The notes below the pieces were generated by a model. That model had not been told where the DNA came from, did no database searches, and saw only the letters and a program-made list of their open reading frames with translations. From Macrostomum lignano (lineage: Eukaryota), in contig NIVC01001237.1 in assembly GCA_002269645.1 (NCBI GenBank), forward strand, positions 186,001 through 250,000: a stretch of DNA of 64,000 nucleotides, written 5' to 3'. Positions 60,410-64,000 of the stretch are shown piece after piece. The stretch's first letter is position 1, and each line of letters starts with the position of its first letter. The translations under genes and the position numbers were made by a program.

Positions 60410-60670
60410 CTCAATACTGACCTAAATCTGACAATCCCTAAACTTTAATACTGACCTAAATCTGACAATCTCTAAAACTGAATACTGACCTAAACATGAC
60501 AATCTCTTAAATTGAATACTGACCTAAACATGACAATCTCTTAACTCGAATACTGACCTAAATCTGACAATCCCTAAACTTGAATACTGAGCTAAATCTG
60601 ACAATCCCTAAACTTGAATACTGACCTAAACATGACAATGGCCTAAACTTGAGCACTGACCTAAATCTGC
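60410..60670. repeat. 34-bp minisatellite, ~7 copies, downstream of the NAGPA stop
   Basis: Unit AATACTGACCTAAATCTGACAATCCCTAAACTT(G/T). Confidence 0.9.
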
Positions 60671-62644
60671 ATCTTAACAAAGCCTTTGATTGAACTAGTG
60701 TGTTTCTATTATCCCTCTTACTGCCAATTAAAAGTACATTCGCAAGATTTTTCTACATTTCTGCTTCATCATAATATATACACTGTGTTACAATTTTTTA
60801 ACGTTGTGTCAAAGAATTTTATTAATTCATTTTGCTCAAAAAGAGTTCACCTAATTCTGTATTTTCTGTAATTCATTCTTTCAAAGTGCTTTCTGTCATA
60901 CAGGTTGATTTTGTTTTATTGACTTTTCGCTTTTTAAAATCAACCGTTTCTGTTCCTTAGTTACTTTTCACGGCGCATAATTTACACGTATGAGGTATGG
61001 GATAGTTTTAAGCAATATTTCTAATAATTAACCTGATTTTCTAGCAGTCAGTATTGATCATTTTTGCCATTCCGATTCACATTTAGCTCGTAATCTACAT
61101 TTACTCTCTACGGCTTTTGTCGTAAGATTTTGCAGCAATAAAGTTTTTGAAATAACGGTCTCTTGTTTCTAAGATTGTTTTCCAGAGACCCATTGATTGA
61201 CTAAGTCTGTTTGATTAACAAAATACCTGTGATTGTCTTCTCTGTCTTACTAGATGAGTCACTCTTTCAGCTAATGAGTAGGGACAACTAGAAAAAGGGG
61301 ACGGGAATTCATGCAGAGAAAACATTTCATAACACATTTATTGCATAGTCAAGTCCAGATCTGGGGTTTCATTGGTTCCGAGCTTCTGTCTATGGCCGAA
61401 ACACACTTCAATGTTATACATAATAATATATACAAGATTATAAGATATAGTTTTTTGCCCGCTGTCGAATTTAAAAGCCCGTCAGTTGCTTCTGGTTTGT
61501 GCCATAGACTAGCCAGCATTCTCTGGGCTTTGCTCAACTCTGTGTCCAAATTAAAAGCCCGCAGTCCAAACTAGAACGCAAAAAGCTATAGTAATACTTT
61601 TAAGATAAGTCCCTTCATAAAAAGAGGCTGAAGCAATTCGATATACATTTAATTTCTTATAGTCTATGGTTAAATCAAGCATTCATTTCCCCTCAGTCCG
61701 GCTGAAATAATGACCATTGTAAAACGCTCAAGCGTGCTGTAAATGACTTTAGTCTATGGTGCAATCGTATTTCAAGCAATGAAAAAAGAGTGCACTAAAT
61801 CCCACTCTATGGGCAAAACTAAACTTAGCTCGGGCACCGGATGCAATGAATTACGCGCCATCGCCTTCAGCGTCGCGTTAGCGGCATAAATGCATCGTCC
61901 TCGATAATGTTTTATTAGTTGCCTGTTCCGCATTAGGAAGCGGAGGATTGCCGCACGGATGCAGATAAGCGTCGCCGGCGCATAAAAACTACCTTCAGGC
62001 TTTCAAGACGCACCATAAAAAGTCCGAAACAAACGATTGATGGCTGGTGGATCCGCAGTGATCAGGTCAATCCTTACAGATGGATTACGTTTCATAAAGT
62101 CGAACAGTTTCCTATCGTAAAATTCGGGAGGGTACAGAGAACGTCGTCTGGTGCCGACACTTGCAACACTTTCTTCTAGTTCGTGGATTGATCTCCTCTT
62201 TATGTATAGAAAACTTCTATGGCCTAGAGATATCCTGTTTTCTGCAGTAAATAAAAAGCGTGCAGTAAATGATTGTCTATGGCTGATACATTCGCGATTT
62301 TACAATGCGTCTTACATCCAGTTTTATCGTGTGTGAATGTCAATCCTACAATCAAGTTTTTCATTGAACTATCGCTGTGCGTTAGATAAACAATGACATT
62401 GCATAGTAGCTAGGTAATGGAGTAAAATAATGGCCATTATTTTACTCCGTTACCTACTAGACAAGCCATCATTGTTTTTAGGAGGGCTGAGGGCACACAA
62501 CGCCTTCGGCGAAATTGAGGCAATTCTGCCCATCCGCTGATTCCTGAGCGGCTGAACACTGACAAATCGGCTGAAAATATTTCCTGAGATCTTTAAACTA
62601 GAGGTCAGTGCGTCTGCACTCTCTAATGCCACTCTGTAGGGTTT

Positions 62645-62650
62645 TTTATT
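62645..62650 (-). terminator. AATAAA polyadenylation signal of eEF1A
   Basis: Forward TTTATT at 62645-62650, about 120 nt past the stop codon. Confidence 0.55.
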
Positions 62651-62772
62651 AAAAGGTGAAAAAATTCAGCGTTCTGAATTGCCGCAACGAATGCGGCGCA
62701 CAGACTGGTTGCATGTGAAAACTGTTTGCTGGAACTCGTTCCCTCAAGCAAGTCAATGGCAGCATTCCATAG

Positions 62773-64000
62773 TCATTTCTTCTTTCCACCGCTGGCCTTC
62801 TGAGCAGCCTTGGTCGCCTTGCCCTCGGTGATCTTCTTGTTGACCTCCTTGATGACGCCCACGGCCACGGTCTGCTTCATGTCGCGCACGGCGAAGCGAC
62901 CCAGAGGCGGGTACTGGGCGAAGGGCTCCACGCACATGGCCTTGGAGGGGATCAGTTTGATCATGGCGGCGTCGCCGCTCTTCAGGATCTTCGGAGAGTC
63001 CTCGAGCTCCTTGCCGCTGCGCCTGTCGATCTTCTTGAGGAACTCGCTGAACTTGCAGGCGATGTGAGCGGTGTGGCAGTCGAGCACGGGAGCGTAGCCG
63101 GGCTGGATCTGACCGGGGTGGTTCAGCACGATGACCTGCGGAAGGTATACAAGTACAGGTTATGTAAATGAACATGAAATTTTACTGGTTACTTAATGTC
63201 CTTCTTAGCAACGGTGTGCCTTTACCTGGGCAACGAAGTCTCCAGTCTCCTTAGGCGGGTCGTTCTTGGAGTCGCCGCACACGTTGCCACGACGGATGTC
63301 CTTCACAGACACGTTCTTCACATTGAAGCCTACATTGTCGCCAGGAACGGCTTCCGACATTTGCACGTGGTGCATTTCAACGGACTTGACCTCAGTCGAG
63401 AGAATCTGTGGCGCGAAGGTAACGACCATGCCGGGCTTCAGGATGCCAGTCTCGACGCGACCGACCGGAACGGTGCCGATACCGCCGATCTTGTACACGT
63501 CCTGTAGAGGCAGACGTAGCGGCTTGTCGGTGGGTCGCTCTGGCGGAATGATCGCGTCCAGAGCTTCGATCAGGGTCTTGCCCTCGGTGGTGGTCTCCTC
63601 CTTCTTGCCGGGCAGCTTGCGCTTGATGCTCCATCCTTTGAACCAGGACATGTTGTTGCTCTCCTCGATCATGTTGTCTCCGTGCCAGCCAGAGATGGGC
63701 ACAAAAGCGACTGCATCCGGGTTGTAGCCGACCTTCTTGATGTAGGCGGACACTTCCTTCTTGATTTCGTTGTAGCGGGCCTCGGAGTACGGCGGCTCGG
63801 TCGAGTCCATCTTGTTCACGCCGATGATCATCTGCTTTACACCGAGGGTGTAAGCCAGCAGAGCGTGCTCGCGGGTCTGACCGTTCTTCGAGATACCGGC
63901 CTCGAACTCGCCAACACCAGCAGCAATGATCAGCACGGCGCAGTCGGCCTGAGAGGTACCGGTGATCATGTTCTTGATAAAGTCCCTGTGGCCAGGGGCG
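62773..64000 (-). CDS. EEF1A: Elongation factor 1-alpha, 3' part (runs off the window end); 90-bp intron at 63136-63225
   Basis: [92 protein letters not shown]. Donor CAG|GTAAAG, acceptor CAG|GTC. Confidence 0.99.

Overview
Eukaryotic (metazoan) genomic DNA, most likely a free-living flatworm of the Macrostomum type. That assignment is inference from an eEF1A loop insertion, GC-rich exons in AT-rich introns and extreme minisatellite load. I reconstructed GT-AG spliced models with consistent reading frames for: a USP53/54-like deubiquitinase (-, only the first two coding exons found), a complete USP2/USP21-like deubiquitinase (-), an OXR1/NCOA7-like LysM-GRAM-TLDc protein (+), an ANKRD60-like Ubl-ankyrin protein (-), NAGPA/uncovering enzyme (+) and the 3' part of eEF1A (-). 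There is also an intronless divergent TRPV-like channel (+). Mobile DNA comprises a decayed, internally deleted BEL/Pao retrotransposon (tRNA-iMet PBS retained, no LTR pair found) and several MITE families with visible TIRs/TSDs. About 30 micro/minisatellite arrays are present, many filling introns almost from splice site to splice site. Most long ORFs in the supplied track are artefacts of these arrays. There are no CRISPR arrays, rRNA or intact tRNA genes. I cannot claim a new biological system. The most unusual signals are: the same minisatellite inverted on both sides of one NAGPA exon; an apparent donor/acceptor strand polarity of intronic arrays; one repeat unit reused in distant introns; a NAGPA intron with transposon-like direct repeats at its donor; and a 354-bp foldback element built from two mini-elements.
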